Below the pieces are notes generated by a model, which did no database searches, was not told the DNA's origin, and saw only the letters and a program-made list of their open reading frames with translations. Position numbers and translations under genes: made by a program. Source: Candidatus Bathyarchaeota archaeon (GTDB lineage: Archaea; Thermoproteota; Bathyarchaeia; TCS64). From it: DNA of 64,000 nucleotides. Positions within the stretch are counted from its first letter, which is position 1. Every line of letters starts with the position of its first letter. Below are positions 48,586 to 58,618 of the stretch, in pieces. The stretch lies in the NCBI GenBank assembly GCA_963769425.1, contig CAVYLP010000003.1, positions 224,001 to 288,000 on the forward strand, read 5' to 3'.

Positions 48586-48952
48586 GAGTCAAGCTAGGAT
48601 CCCGATAGTCGTTAAGATTGCGGGTGTCGGTGAGTCGCTGGGCGAATTGAACCGGTTAACTGCCCCCCTCACTGTCGGTGATATCTTGAAGATGTTGCCG
48701 ATAAATGGGAGGACGGTGCCAGCGCAGGGCTGCGTCTCGATACTCCTCGGGTTGAAGAGGGGTACCGAAAAGGCGGTGACTCAGGTTGAGGAGGGCACCA
48801 TCGTTTACTGGCCTAGGGCGGGGAGCCTCTGCATCTACCCAGAGGCCGCGAAGACGTATGGCCCCGTCAACAAGATAGGAAAAGTAACTGGTAGTCTTGA
48901 GATATTCCGGAACCTGAAGAGCGGTTCCCGAATAATAATAGCTGCCGTCTAG
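48578..48952 (+). CDS. Cyclophilin-like fold protein (TM1367-like)
   Basis: APLTV..LP, GTIVYWP..LCI, PVN.IG. Confidence 0.75.
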   Translation: MGESQARIPIVVKIAGVGESLGELNRLTAPLTVGDILKMLPINGRTVPAQGCVSILLGLKRGTEKAVTQVEEGTIVYWPRAGSLCIYPEAAKTYGPVNKIGKVTGSLEIFRNLKSGSRIIIAAV

Positions 48953-49251
48953 TTGGTCTTGGGGGGGAGGGCGTAGACCCTCAGGTTGTTCGTGTGCGCA
49001 ACGAGTTTAATTGTCCCCTTCTGGTCGAGCTCCTCCAGCATCTTTTTAGCGACGCTGACCTTAAGGTTGAACTGACTCGCAATGGCTGGGGGCGTGATGA
49101 CCTTCATCTTCTTCATCGCGTCCATAAGTTCAGGGCTGTTAGAGTGGATGGCGTCGACGGAGCCAATGAGCTTCTCCTTCTTCTTCTCCTCCTTCGGAGC
49201 CTCGGTGTCCTGCGTCTTCTCCATCTTCTTCAGGCTTTTCTTTCCGGGCAT
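48949..49251 (-). CDS. rps25e: Ribosomal protein eS25
   Basis: MPGKKSLKKMEK..KVITP..IAS..VSVAKK.L.EL..G. Confidence 0.88.
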   Translation of the reverse strand: MPGKKSLKKMEKTQDTEAPKEEKKKEKLIGSVDAIHSNSPELMDAMKKMKVITPPAIASQFNLKVSVAKKMLEELDQKGTIKLVAHTNNLRVYALPPKTN

Positions 49252-49303
49252 GTTGAATCGTGGATTAAGCGAGGAGGGGAGTTGATAAAGGTGACGCCGA
49301 GGG

Positions 49304-52300
49304 CTAAGCTCTGCGTAGGCCGAGAATGAGTTGGAGGCCACCCATCTCGTAGGCACCCGTCTTGGCGTCCTCGGGGGATACGCCCTCCTGAAGCAGGTCG
49401 GAGAGGGTCTCCGTCTTGATGTAGTCGGCCTCCTCCTGAAATACCTCGACCACATCCGGGTCACCGCGGTAGTAGGTCTCTATGTGGTCGTTGATGTCGA
49501 AGTTAGCCTCCTTGCGGAGTGACTGGATGCGGCGGACTATGTCTCTCGCTAGTCCTTCGCTGCTGAGCGATTCGTCGATGGTGGTGTTGACACCGACAAG
49601 TAAGCCGCCCTCCTCCATGATGGAGTAGCCCTCGATTGGCTTTGATTCCAGCTCAACCTCCTCGGGAAGGACTTCGACGAGGCTGCCATTGACATTGAGC
49701 GTGACTGCTTTCCTCCTAGCCAGTGTCTCGGTCTGCTCAGTCGTCATCGCCCTGATGGCATCCGCTACCGCGATGAAGTTTTTACCGTGTTTCTTCCCAA
49801 GGAGTCGGGGCAATGGCTTGGCGATGTAGCTCTGTAGGATGTCCCGCTCGCCGGTTACCTTGACTTCCTTGACGTTTAGTTCCTCACGGATGAATGGTGC
49901 GACCTTGTTAACGATTGGAAGCTGCTCCTTCGAGGCGACTATTATTGCCTCGCTGAGTGGCTGGCGGAGTTTTATCTGGCTCTTTGCCCTCGCCGCGCGT
50001 CCGAGGCTACTCGCAATCATGGCGAGTTCCATCTCCGCCATCAACCCCTCATCTATCTCGGATTCCTGTGCAGTAGGCCAGTCGTTGTGGTGGACGCTCT
50101 CGTGGGCATTCGGCTCGACAGGTCGGACTAGGCGTTGGTACATAGCCTCGGAGACGTGGGGGGTGAGGGGCGCCATGAGCAGGGTGACGGTCTTGAGGCA
50201 CCTGTAGAGTGTCGCGTATGCCGCCCTCTTCTCGTCGTCCGCCTCAGTCTTCCAAAACCGGCGCCTGCTCCTCCTGACGTACCACTTGGATAGAGCGTCG
50301 ACGAAGCGCTCCAGTTCCTGTGTGGGGGTTGAAGCGTCGTAGTTCTCGAGCGAGGCGGTCACGCTCTCGATGAGAGTGTTAAGTCTTGATAGGATCCAGC
50401 GGTCCAACTGCTGTAGGTTCTTCGGCTGCTGTTCTGTGGTCCATTTATCGAGGTTGGCGTAGATGGTGAAGAAGTTGTAGACGTTGAGGAGGGTCATGAA
50501 GTACATCCGCTTCACCTCATTGGCTTTGGTGTAGCCAAAGAGTACGTCGTTCTCGGGCTTAGCGGCGCAGTATATCCAGCGCATTATGTCGGCGCCCATG
50601 GTCTCGGCTGCATCGTCGAACCAGATAGCGTTGCCTCGACTCTTGTGCATCTCCTGCCCATCCTCGGCGAGGACCGAGCCGTGGCCGAGGCAGACCTTGT
50701 AGGGTGTCCTGCGTTCTAGGATGGTGCTCTCGGCGAGCATGGCGTAGAACCAGTTGCGGAACTGGCCGGGGAAGGACTCGGTGATGAAGTCGGCTGGAAA
50801 CCACTTCTCCCAGTAGGCGCGGTCGCTGCGGTAGCGGAGGGTGCTGTAGCCGACTATCCCTGCGTCGAGCCACGGGTTGCCCACCTCGGGGACCCTGCTC
50901 GCGACACCACCGCACTTTTCGCACCTGATCTTTACGGCGTCTATGTATGGGCGGTGTGGGCTGTGTCCCTCGAACTCGTCCCATCCGCTGATCGCCCTGC
51001 TCTTTAGCTCCTCCTTGTCGCCTATGACTATGAACCATCCGCAGCTGCACTGCCATATGGGTAGGGCGAGGCCCCAGTACCGCTTCTTACTTATCATCCA
51101 GTCGTCCATGTTCTGAAGCCAGTCGAGTTCGCGTTTGAGGCCGAACTCGGGTATCCAGCGGACGTTGCTGGCGGAGTCCATTATCTGGTAGCGGAGGCTC
51201 TTGTCTTTCTCTTCGGTGGTCACCGTCTCGTAGGGCTTGTCGAGCTTCTCGCCCATGTTGATGAACCACTCGTTTACGAGGCGGAAGACGAGTTCCGAGC
51301 CGCAGCGCCAGCAGACTGGGTAGCGGTGGGTGATCTTCTGGGTGCGTAGGAGGAAGCCGCGTGCCTTTAGGTCCTCGAAGATGGGCTCGGCGGAGTTGTA
51401 GACGTGTGTGCCTGTGAGCCATCCGAAGCCGGGTGTTATGACTCCGTACTCGTCGAGGGGTGCGGGGGCGGGGAGCTTGTTCTGCTTCCCGAGTTCGAAG
51501 TCCTCTTTTCCCGCTCCGGGGGCGATATGGACGAGTCCGGTTCCCTCAGTCTCGCCTACTGCGTCCCACATGATGACGCGATGCGCCTCGGGTACGCCGA
51601 GCTTCTTGGGTATCTCGAGGTCGTCGTATGGACCAGTGTAGGTCCAGCCGAGCATGTCCCTACCCTTGAGTTCCTCGAGGATGGTGTAGCTGCCCTTCTG
51701 GGTGAAGACGGTGGCGAGGGTACCCTTACTTAGGTAGAGTATCTCTTCTCCGTGTTTGACCTTAACATAGGTTAGGTCTGGGTGGGCTGCGACGGCGACG
51801 TTGCTCGTGAGGGTCCAGGGTGTGGTCGTCCAGATGAGGAGTGAGCCTTCACGGTCCTTGAGGGGAAACTTGACGAATACGGTTGTGTGTGTGATCTCCT
51901 TGTAGCCCTCGGTGACTATCTCGTGTTGGCTTATGCCTGTGCTGCAGCGGGGGCACCAGGGCATGGAGTCCTGTCCCCTGTATATCCAGCCGCGGGTGTG
52001 GCAGCTCTTGAGGGCGGTCCAGATCATGTAGTTGTTCTCGTCGCTTAGGGTGTAGTAGCTGCCCCCGACCTGTGGCATGCCGAGTTGGCCGACGATGTAC
52101 TCGGCGGTGCCGTAGACGGGGCCGTGTGAGCCGACGTATGTGGTCTGCTGCAGGGGGTTGTTCATGGCCTCGGCGAGCTTGCGTAGTTCGTCGGGGTTAT
52201 TCCAGTCGCACCAGTATCCTAGGCGTATGCTCTGCTCAGTCTGGCGGGCGGAGTAGTTGAGGACTCTTTGCTTGCACTTGACGACAAACTCGGCTATGCC

Positions 52301-52636
52301 GTAGGCCTCTATGTCGCGTTTGGTCTGGAAGCCTAGCTCCTTCTCTACCTCTACCTCTACCCATAGTCCCTGGCAGTCGAATCCGTTCTGGTATCGGACG
52401 TCTCTTCCGCGCATGGCCCAGTAGCGTTGCCAGAGGTCCTTGTATGTGCGACCCCATGCGTGGTGGACGCCCATCGGGTTATTGGCTGTGATTGGGCCGT
52501 CGATAAAGCTCCACTTGGGTTTGCCCTCATTGAGGCTACGCCTTTTCTCGAAGGCGTTTGTCTCCCTCCAGAGCTTCTGTACGTCGCGCTCAAGAGCGGC
52601 TATGTCGACTTTACTGTCTATGGGTTGGAAGGTCAT
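49304..52636 (-). CDS. ileS: Isoleucyl-tRNA synthetase, type 2, with GVHH and EMHKS signature variants
   Basis: DGPITAN..MGVHH, WTTTPWTL, GTGLVH.AP, RYWG, EMHKSRGN. Confidence 0.95.
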   Translation of the reverse strand: MTFQPIDSKVDIAALERDVQKLWRETNAFEKRRSLNEGKPKWSFIDGPITANNPMGVHHAWGRTYKDLWQRYWAMRGRDVRYQNGFDCQGLWVEVEVEKELGFQTKRDIEAYGIAEFVVKCKQRVLNYSARQTEQSIRLGYWCDWNNPDELRKLAEAMNNPLQQTTYVGSHGPVYGTAEYIVGQLGMPQVGGSYYTLSDENNYMIWTALKSCHTRGWIYRGQDSMPWCPRCSTGISQHEIVTEGYKEITHTTVFVKFPLKDREGSLLIWTTTPWTLTSNVAVAAHPDLTYVKVKHGEEILYLSKGTLATVFTQKGSYTILEELKGRDMLGWTYTGPYDDLEIPKKLGVPEAHRVIMWDAVGETEGTGLVHIAPGAGKEDFELGKQNKLPAPAPLDEYGVITPGFGWLTGTHVYNSAEPIFEDLKARGFLLRTQKITHRYPVCWRCGSELVFRLVNEWFINMGEKLDKPYETVTTEEKDKSLRYQIMDSASNVRWIPEFGLKRELDWLQNMDDWMISKKRYWGLALPIWQCSCGWFIVIGDKEELKSRAISGWDEFEGHSPHRPYIDAVKIRCEKCGGVASRVPEVGNPWLDAGIVGYSTLRYRSDRAYWEKWFPADFITESFPGQFRNWFYAMLAESTILERRTPYKVCLGHGSVLAEDGQEMHKSRGNAIWFDDAAETMGADIMRWIYCAAKPENDVLFGYTKANEVKRMYFMTLLNVYNFFTIYANLDKWTTEQQPKNLQQLDRWILSRLNTLIESVTASLENYDASTPTQELERFVDALSKWYVRRSRRRFWKTEADDEKRAAYATLYRCLKTVTLLMAPLTPHVSEAMYQRLVRPVEPNAHESVHHNDWPTAQESEIDEGLMAEMELAMIASSLGRAARAKSQIKLRQPLSEAIIVASKEQLPIVNKVAPFIREELNVKEVKVTGERDILQSYIAKPLPRLLGKKHGKNFIAVADAIRAMTTEQTETLARRKAVTLNVNGSLVEVLPEEVELESKPIEGYSIMEEGGLLVGVNTTIDESLSSEGLARDIVRRIQSLRKEANFDINDHIETYYRGDPDVVEVFQEEADYIKTETLSDLLQEGVSPEDAKTGAYEMGGLQLILGLRRA

Positions 52637-52989
52637 CTCTGGTCCTCGGTTGGGTCTAGAATCTTGGTGTCGGGTGGGGTTTGAGTGTTTCGGCTAGATT
52701 TGGTAGTCACCGGACATCATAGGCACCGATAGGGTTGGTTGTTTGTTTCCATAAAAATGTTGTTCATGGGTGTGTGAGGGGGTTTTCCCCATGATCGCCA
52801 TCATCATCATACGTGTTCTTGTCCGGTTGAGTGGGTGACGCGGATGAGGGGGGCTTTTTTTCGCGTCGGTGTGAATTTTCGGGGAGTTTTCTTTGAGTTT
52901 TCGGTATTTGAAGGATGTTGATGGTTTGTATCATCATTCGTCGTATCTGAGCTTATTTATCGGGGTATGTTTACTGATTTTTCTATGGC

Positions 52990-53352
52990 TTAGACCTGTT
53001 TCTCGTAGTAGATGTCCTTGGGTAGCATCCACTCGAACCAGAGCTTGTAGCCCTCGGGTGTCTCCTCGGTACCGGAGGTCATCGCACCGAATAGTCCGGC
53101 GGCTGGGATGAGGCCCATGATCTCCTTGGGGGTGCCCTTTATGTCGCCAACCCAGACGGAGAGGCGGCTGCCCTTGAAGTCGACGAAGTTGATTGTGGCG
53201 ATCGTGTCGAGTTGGGTGAGGAAGTCGGCGACCGCGAAGCCGTCGAAGGTGAACTGTATCCCCATGGCCTTGAACTCCTCTATCTTGGCCGCTAGTTTCT
53301 CGTGCATGGCTACTGGTGTGGCGGGCGGGAACTTATTGCTTGCCGTGGCCAA
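52990..53352 (-). CDS. Hypothetical protein
   Basis: 120-aa ORF with genome-typical codon usage, overlapping the MFS stop. Confidence 0.6.
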   Translation of the reverse strand: MATASNKFPPATPVAMHEKLAAKIEEFKAMGIQFTFDGFAVADFLTQLDTIATINFVDFKGSRLSVWVGDIKGTPKEIMGLIPAAGLFGAMTSGTEETPEGYKLWFEWMLPKDIYYEKQV

Positions 53353-54556
53353 GGCTCATGGCGAGCAGGGCGGCACACCCCGTGGCGGCCGCGGTGATGA
53401 CGAAGACGGACGGCGGGCCGAAGGCACCCCATGAGAAGCCGAAGATGAGCGAGCCCATCATGAGACCGAAGTCCTCGAAGGTGCCGTAGAGGCCGAGGCT
53501 CATCCCCGAGAATTCCTTCGGGGTAGCGGAGCTGTGTATGGCTATGCTTAGGACGCCGAAGCTGAAGGTCGCCGAGACGCCGATGGTGAGGAGAGTGAGC
53601 TGTATGGCGTCGGTGGCGAATGGGAACAGGGCGAAGAGGGCGCACCCGAGGGCGAGTACGCCGAATAGGAGCTTTCTCTTGTCGATCCTGTCGGATATCC
53701 TACCGAGTAGGGGCGTCGCCACGAGACGCGCAGTGGCTGCTATGGTCGCCATGCTGCCGACGGCGATGGTCGTCATCCCCACCCTCTCCGTTGCGTAGAT
53801 GGGGAGGAAAGAGGCGACGACGCTGCAGCCGAGGAAACCGAGCAGGGTCAGTGTGCAGGTCTTCTGGAGGGTTGGTATCCGGAGTAGCTGTCCGAAGCCC
53901 GAGAATAGAGGGCGACGTGCAATTAATGCAGGCGCCCTGTGATCCTTGTTTCTTAGATACGTCACGAGGAAGAAGAGTATGGCAGTCCACACTATGCCCA
54001 TCGAGGTGTAGAAGGCGTACTCGTACCCGTAGCTGGCGGCGATGAATGTACCGACTATAGGGCCGGCTATGTTACCGAGGGTGGCGAAGAAGAACCAGAG
54101 GCTCATGTTGAAGCCCGCCGACTTGCCTGAAGAGGTCTCTGCGATGACAGCGCGCGTCGTAAGCCCCACGATCACCTGTATGGCGCCGAAGATGAACTGT
54201 AAAACAATGAAGAGGGGCAGGAAGGCCTTCATCGTGTAGAGTGGGTATATGAGGCTCGTCAGTACGAGGGCCATGAGGATGAAGTAACCCTTGTTCACCC
54301 TGTCGGAGACTACTCCCCAGACGAACTCCATGAAGAGGCCGGCCGACATAGCCATGGCGAGCAGGCCCCAGTTGGCCACGTCGAGTCCGAGGGCGCGTGC
54401 GTAGAGGGGCATCACGGGGCCATTCAGGGTGAGCGACCACGCCATGTTCCTGAGGAAGAGCACCGCGTAGACCGGCGACAGCTTCTTCAGAGTCTCGTCC
54501 AACCCAGTGGCACCGCTTACTCCCCACAGGGGGTGCACCGACAATTTATCCTTCAC
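53333..54556 (-). CDS. MFS transporter
   Basis: About 12 TM segments; GVVSDR and GRISDRIDKR motif A copies. Confidence 0.9.
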   Translation of the reverse strand: MKDKLSVHPLWGVSGATGLDETLKKLSPVYAVLFLRNMAWSLTLNGPVMPLYARALGLDVANWGLLAMAMSAGLFMEFVWGVVSDRVNKGYFILMALVLTSLIYPLYTMKAFLPLFIVLQFIFGAIQVIVGLTTRAVIAETSSGKSAGFNMSLWFFFATLGNIAGPIVGTFIAASYGYEYAFYTSMGIVWTAILFFLVTYLRNKDHRAPALIARRPLFSGFGQLLRIPTLQKTCTLTLLGFLGCSVVASFLPIYATERVGMTTIAVGSMATIAATARLVATPLLGRISDRIDKRKLLFGVLALGCALFALFPFATDAIQLTLLTIGVSATFSFGVLSIAIHSSATPKEFSGMSLGLYGTFEDFGLMMGSLIFGFSWGAFGPPSVFVITAAATGCAALLAMSLGHGKQ

Positions 54557-54608
54557 GCTCCCCGAGGTGATTTATACTCGTGCAGATGAAATGCTCCGTG
54601 ATTCTGAG

Positions 54609-56207
54609 ATGTATGCCGATCTGGTACTCCGCGGCGGGAAGATCATAACAATCGATGCGAAGGAGTCGACGGCCGAGGCTGTCGCAGTAAAGTATGGTAG
54701 AATAATCGCCGTAGGCAAGGACGGCGACGTGAAGCCGCTCGTCGGACCTAAAACTAAGGTAATTGAGCTAAAAGGGCGGTCCGTCATCCCCGGCCTCATG
54801 GACAGCCACAGCCACATGGCGGATGAGGGCGCGGGTAGGCTCCGCTTCGTCGACCTCAGCCAGGAGGCCGGCGTCAAGACGATAAAGGATATACAGGATA
54901 GGCTCGCCGAGCGCGCAAAGAAGACCCCGAAGGGCGCGTGGATATTCGGTTATCAGGAGGATGACTCCAAGCTCGACGAAAAGAGGCACCCAACGCGTTG
55001 GGAGCTGGACGTCGCCAGCAAGAACCATCCTATCAGCATCTCCACGGTCGGCGGCCACTTCTCGGTCCTCAACAGCAAGGCGTATGAGATGGCGGGCATC
55101 ACCAAGGAGACGCCTGACCCAGTGGGCGGTAAGTTCGACAGGGACGCAAAGGGCGAGATCACAGGCGGAGCACATGAGAAGGCGATAGACATGCTCATCC
55201 CCGCCGAGGCTCAGCTGCCCACCGCTGAGCAGAGTTACGAGGGGGCCAAGTCGATACTCATGGACTGCGCCAGCGTCGGCCTGACCTGCGTTTATGACCT
55301 CGTCGACAAGAGCCAAATCAAGGCGCTCATCGATCTCAACACGAAGGGCGAGCTTCCCATTAGGATGAGGATGGATGCAATCATCGACCTCTTCCCCCAG
55401 CTGAACGCCACAGGGGTCCACCAGATGTTCGGCGACGACATGCTCAGGCTATGCGGTGTCAAGTTCTTCTTCGACGGCGCCATCTCGGCGAGGACCGCGG
55501 CGGTGACGGAGCCCTACTGCGACAAGCCAGGGTTCTACGGCGTCATGTCGACGACGCGGGAGATAGCGGAGGATATGCTGGGGAAGGCGTACGCCGCCGG
55601 CTACAGGGTGAGCTGCCACGCGAACGGGGACAAGGCGATAGCCATGTACCTTGACATCATGGAGAAGCTCCAGGCCAAGTACCCCCGCGAGGACCCGAGG
55701 AACAGGGACATCCACTGCACCGTCATCACGAAGGAGCTTGTGGTGAGGATCAAGAAGCTGGGAATCCTGCCAACCATCTTTGGTCCCTACCCATACTACC
55801 ACGGGGACAAGCTCCTCGTGCCCTTTGGGGCTGAGAGGCTGGAACGCATGTTCGCCGCCCGAACCTTCCTCGACGAGGGTATAATCGTGGCGGCGCACAG
55901 CGACCACCCCTGCGCTCCCTTCCCGCCGCTCATGGCGATACACGCCATGGTGAACAGGACAACGAAGGCGGGGAAGCCCATAGGCCAGAGCCAGCGCATC
56001 TCCGTCATGGAGGCACTGAGGCTCTACACGATCAACTCCGCCTACCACAGTTTCGACGAGGACCGCCTCGGCAGCATCGAAGAGGGCAAACTCGCCGACT
56101 TCGTCATACTCGGCAGAGATATCCTCACCGTCCCCAAGGAGAAGATCAAGGACATCCCTATCGACGCCACAATAGTCGACGGAAAAGTAGTTTACGAGAG
56201 AAAGTAG
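54609..56207 (+). CDS. Amidohydrolase 3 family (YtcJ-like)
   Basis: PGLMDSHSH, KFFFDG, HANGD, SDHP, GKLADF. Confidence 0.9.
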   Translation: MYADLVLRGGKIITIDAKESTAEAVAVKYGRIIAVGKDGDVKPLVGPKTKVIELKGRSVIPGLMDSHSHMADEGAGRLRFVDLSQEAGVKTIKDIQDRLAERAKKTPKGAWIFGYQEDDSKLDEKRHPTRWELDVASKNHPISISTVGGHFSVLNSKAYEMAGITKETPDPVGGKFDRDAKGEITGGAHEKAIDMLIPAEAQLPTAEQSYEGAKSILMDCASVGLTCVYDLVDKSQIKALIDLNTKGELPIRMRMDAIIDLFPQLNATGVHQMFGDDMLRLCGVKFFFDGAISARTAAVTEPYCDKPGFYGVMSTTREIAEDMLGKAYAAGYRVSCHANGDKAIAMYLDIMEKLQAKYPREDPRNRDIHCTVITKELVVRIKKLGILPTIFGPYPYYHGDKLLVPFGAERLERMFAARTFLDEGIIVAAHSDHPCAPFPPLMAIHAMVNRTTKAGKPIGQSQRISVMEALRLYTINSAYHSFDEDRLGSIEEGKLADFVILGRDILTVPKEKIKDIPIDATIVDGKVVYERK

Positions 56208-56233
56208 CCCCGCTTTTCAGGGATTTTTTATAA

Positions 56234-57025
56234 TCAGTACGGACTGACGGGTATCCCATATCTGCCGGTGCTTATGCCGCCGTCGACGCTAAGCACAGTG
56301 CCGGTTATGAAGTCGGCCTGGGGGCTGCAAAGCATCAGGATGGCGTTGGCGATGTCTTCGGGCACCCCTATCCTGTCCCAGGGCGTCATGTTCACCATCG
56401 ACCTGTCGTATGCCGCCTTGCTCGGCGTCTGCTCCTCACCTACCTCGATGAGGCCCGGGGCGACGCAGTTGACGTTGACCTTATGTTTGCCGAGCTCAAG
56501 GGCGAGGCAGTTGGCGAACATGACCATGCCGCCGTTCGAGGCGCAGTAGGCGCCCGCCGCCTCGCGCGCCACCTTCCAACTCCCCGAGGCGACGAAGACC
56601 ATCTTCCCGCCGCGTCCCTGCTTTATCATCTGGCGCGCCGCTAGCTGGGAGCAGATGTAGGCGCCACGCAGCTTCGTGTTCATGTTCCTGTCCCAGATGT
56701 CGTCGGTCATGTCGACGATCTTCATCACGGGGCGGTCGGCGGCGTTGTTTACGAGGATATCTATGCCACCCCATTTTTCGATGAGGGCCTTGAACATCCC
56801 CTCGATCTCGGCCCTGCTCTTCAGGTCCGCCCTGTGGGCGACGACGTTGCCCTTGTACTTGGCGAGGCTCTTCAGGGCGGCATCGAGCCGCTCCTTGTTA
56901 GAGCCATTGATCATCACCTTCGCCCCCGCGTCGAGGAGCATCTTCGCCGTCGCGTAGCCTATCCCCCTGCTCGAACCCGTAACGAGGGCCACCTTGCCCT
57001 TGTAGTCAAACGTGATCATAACCAT
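56234..57025 (-). CDS. SDR oxidoreductase
   Basis: TGSSRGIG, NNA, YCASN (YxxxK Lys replaced by Asn), VDGG. Confidence 0.88.
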   Translation of the reverse strand: MVMITFDYKGKVALVTGSSRGIGYATAKMLLDAGAKVMINGSNKERLDAALKSLAKYKGNVVAHRADLKSRAEIEGMFKALIEKWGGIDILVNNAADRPVMKIVDMTDDIWDRNMNTKLRGAYICSQLAARQMIKQGRGGKMVFVASGSWKVAREAAGAYCASNGGMVMFANCLALELGKHKVNVNCVAPGLIEVGEEQTPSKAAYDRSMVNMTPWDRIGVPEDIANAILMLCSPQADFITGTVLSVDGGISTGRYGIPVSPY

Positions 57026-57087
57026 CAGTCACCAATCGACCGACTTTTCTAATAATACGTTTGGTCGAGAGGGGAAGGTTGGGTGGG

Positions 57088-58596
57088 CTACTTGTTCCCG
57101 GGGAAGACGAGGCTGAGTGGCCCCTGCTTACCCGGTTTGGGCCAGCGGACGGTGACCTCCTTCTGCTTCGTGAAGAAGCGTATGGAGTCCTCGCCGCGTA
57201 TCTGGACATCCGCGAAGGCGGAATTACGGGTGCCGCCGAAGCTGAGGTAGCCCGCAGGCACCGGAATTGGAACATTTATGCCTATCATGGGTACGTCGAC
57301 CTCCAGCTCGAAGCGCCTCGCGGCTCCGCCGTCAGTCGTGAAGATGGCTGTGCCGTTGCCGTACTGGTGCCCGTTGATGAGCGCGAGCGCCTCGTCGAAC
57401 GTCTTGACCCTGACCATGCCAAGGACTGGGCCGAATATCTCCTCTGTGTATATGCTCATCTTCGGCGTGACGTTGTCGAAGAGCGTGACGCCGAGGAAGA
57501 AGCCCTTGGGGCTCGTCGGGTGCTTGAACTTGCGCCCGTCTGCCACAAGCTTCGCGCCTTCCTCAACGCCCTTGTCGATCCATTTAATAATCGCCTCCCT
57601 GTGCTCGGCTGAGTAGATGGGGCCCATGTCTATGCTCGGCTCGATCCCTGGGCCGATTTTGAGTTTCGCAATCCTCTCCTTCATGAGGGGCAAGAGCCTG
57701 TCGCCAGAGTCGCCGACAGCGATGACAAGCGACTGCGCCATGCAGCGCTCGCCTGCGGAGCCGTAGCCCGCCGCGATGGCGGAGTCAGCGGCCAGCTCCA
57801 TGTCGGCGTCGGGGAGCACCACCATGGCGTTCTTCGCTCCCATGTAGCAGCCGACGCGCTTCCCCGCCTTCGTCCCCTTCTCGTGGACCATCTTGCCAAC
57901 AGCCGTTGAACCGACGAACTGCACTGCCTGTATCCCGGGGCTGTCCAGTATGGCGTTCACCGCCTCCCGGCCGCCGTATACAATGTTGAAGACGCCGTCG
58001 GGGAGCCCCGCCTGCTTCCAGAGCTCGGCTTGGAGCTGCGTCGCACCAGGCGTGTGGCTGCTGGGCTTCCAGATGAACGTGTTTCCCGTCATGAGGGCGA
58101 TGGGGTATATCCACATCGGGACCATCGCGGGGAAATTGAAGGGAGTGATGCCCGCTGTGACGCCGAGCGGCTGCCGCAGCGTGCGGACGTCAATAGACGT
58201 TGAGACGTTGGGGGTGTTCATCCCCGCCATGTGCACGGGTAATCCACAGGCGTACTCAACCGTCTCGAGCCCGCGTACGACCTCCCCCAGCGCGTCGGGG
58301 TACGTCTTCCCGTGGTCTCGGGTGATAAGCTTCGCCATTTCTTCGCGATTCTTCCAGCAGAGCTCGCGGAAGGCGAAGAATATTGCGCTCCTCGCGATGA
58401 GCGGCGTGTCACGCCAAGCGGGGTAGGCTTTACTCGCCGCTGCTACGGCTGCCTCGATTTCCGGGGCACCCCCACGTGGCACGCGGGCGATCTCCTCACC
58501 CGTCGCCGGGTTGTAGACGGGCCCCGTCTTCTCGAGCGGGACCTCAACGGCACGCCCGTTTATCCAGTGACTTATGATCGGAATGGCCCTGGACAA
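57088..58596 (-). CDS. mmsA: CoA-acylating (methyl)malonate-semialdehyde dehydrogenase
   Basis: GITPFNFPAMVP, FVGST, GAKN, AGERCMA, EEIFGPV, INVPIPVP. Confidence 0.9.
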   Translation of the reverse strand: MSRAIPIISHWINGRAVEVPLEKTGPVYNPATGEEIARVPRGGAPEIEAAVAAASKAYPAWRDTPLIARSAIFFAFRELCWKNREEMAKLITRDHGKTYPDALGEVVRGLETVEYACGLPVHMAGMNTPNVSTSIDVRTLRQPLGVTAGITPFNFPAMVPMWIYPIALMTGNTFIWKPSSHTPGATQLQAELWKQAGLPDGVFNIVYGGREAVNAILDSPGIQAVQFVGSTAVGKMVHEKGTKAGKRVGCYMGAKNAMVVLPDADMELAADSAIAAGYGSAGERCMAQSLVIAVGDSGDRLLPLMKERIAKLKIGPGIEPSIDMGPIYSAEHREAIIKWIDKGVEEGAKLVADGRKFKHPTSPKGFFLGVTLFDNVTPKMSIYTEEIFGPVLGMVRVKTFDEALALINGHQYGNGTAIFTTDGGAARRFELEVDVPMIGINVPIPVPAGYLSFGGTRNSAFADVQIRGEDSIRFFTKQKEVTVRWPKPGKQGPLSLVFPGNK

Positions 58597-58618
58597 TTAG
58601 GCCGCCCCCTTTTCTATC

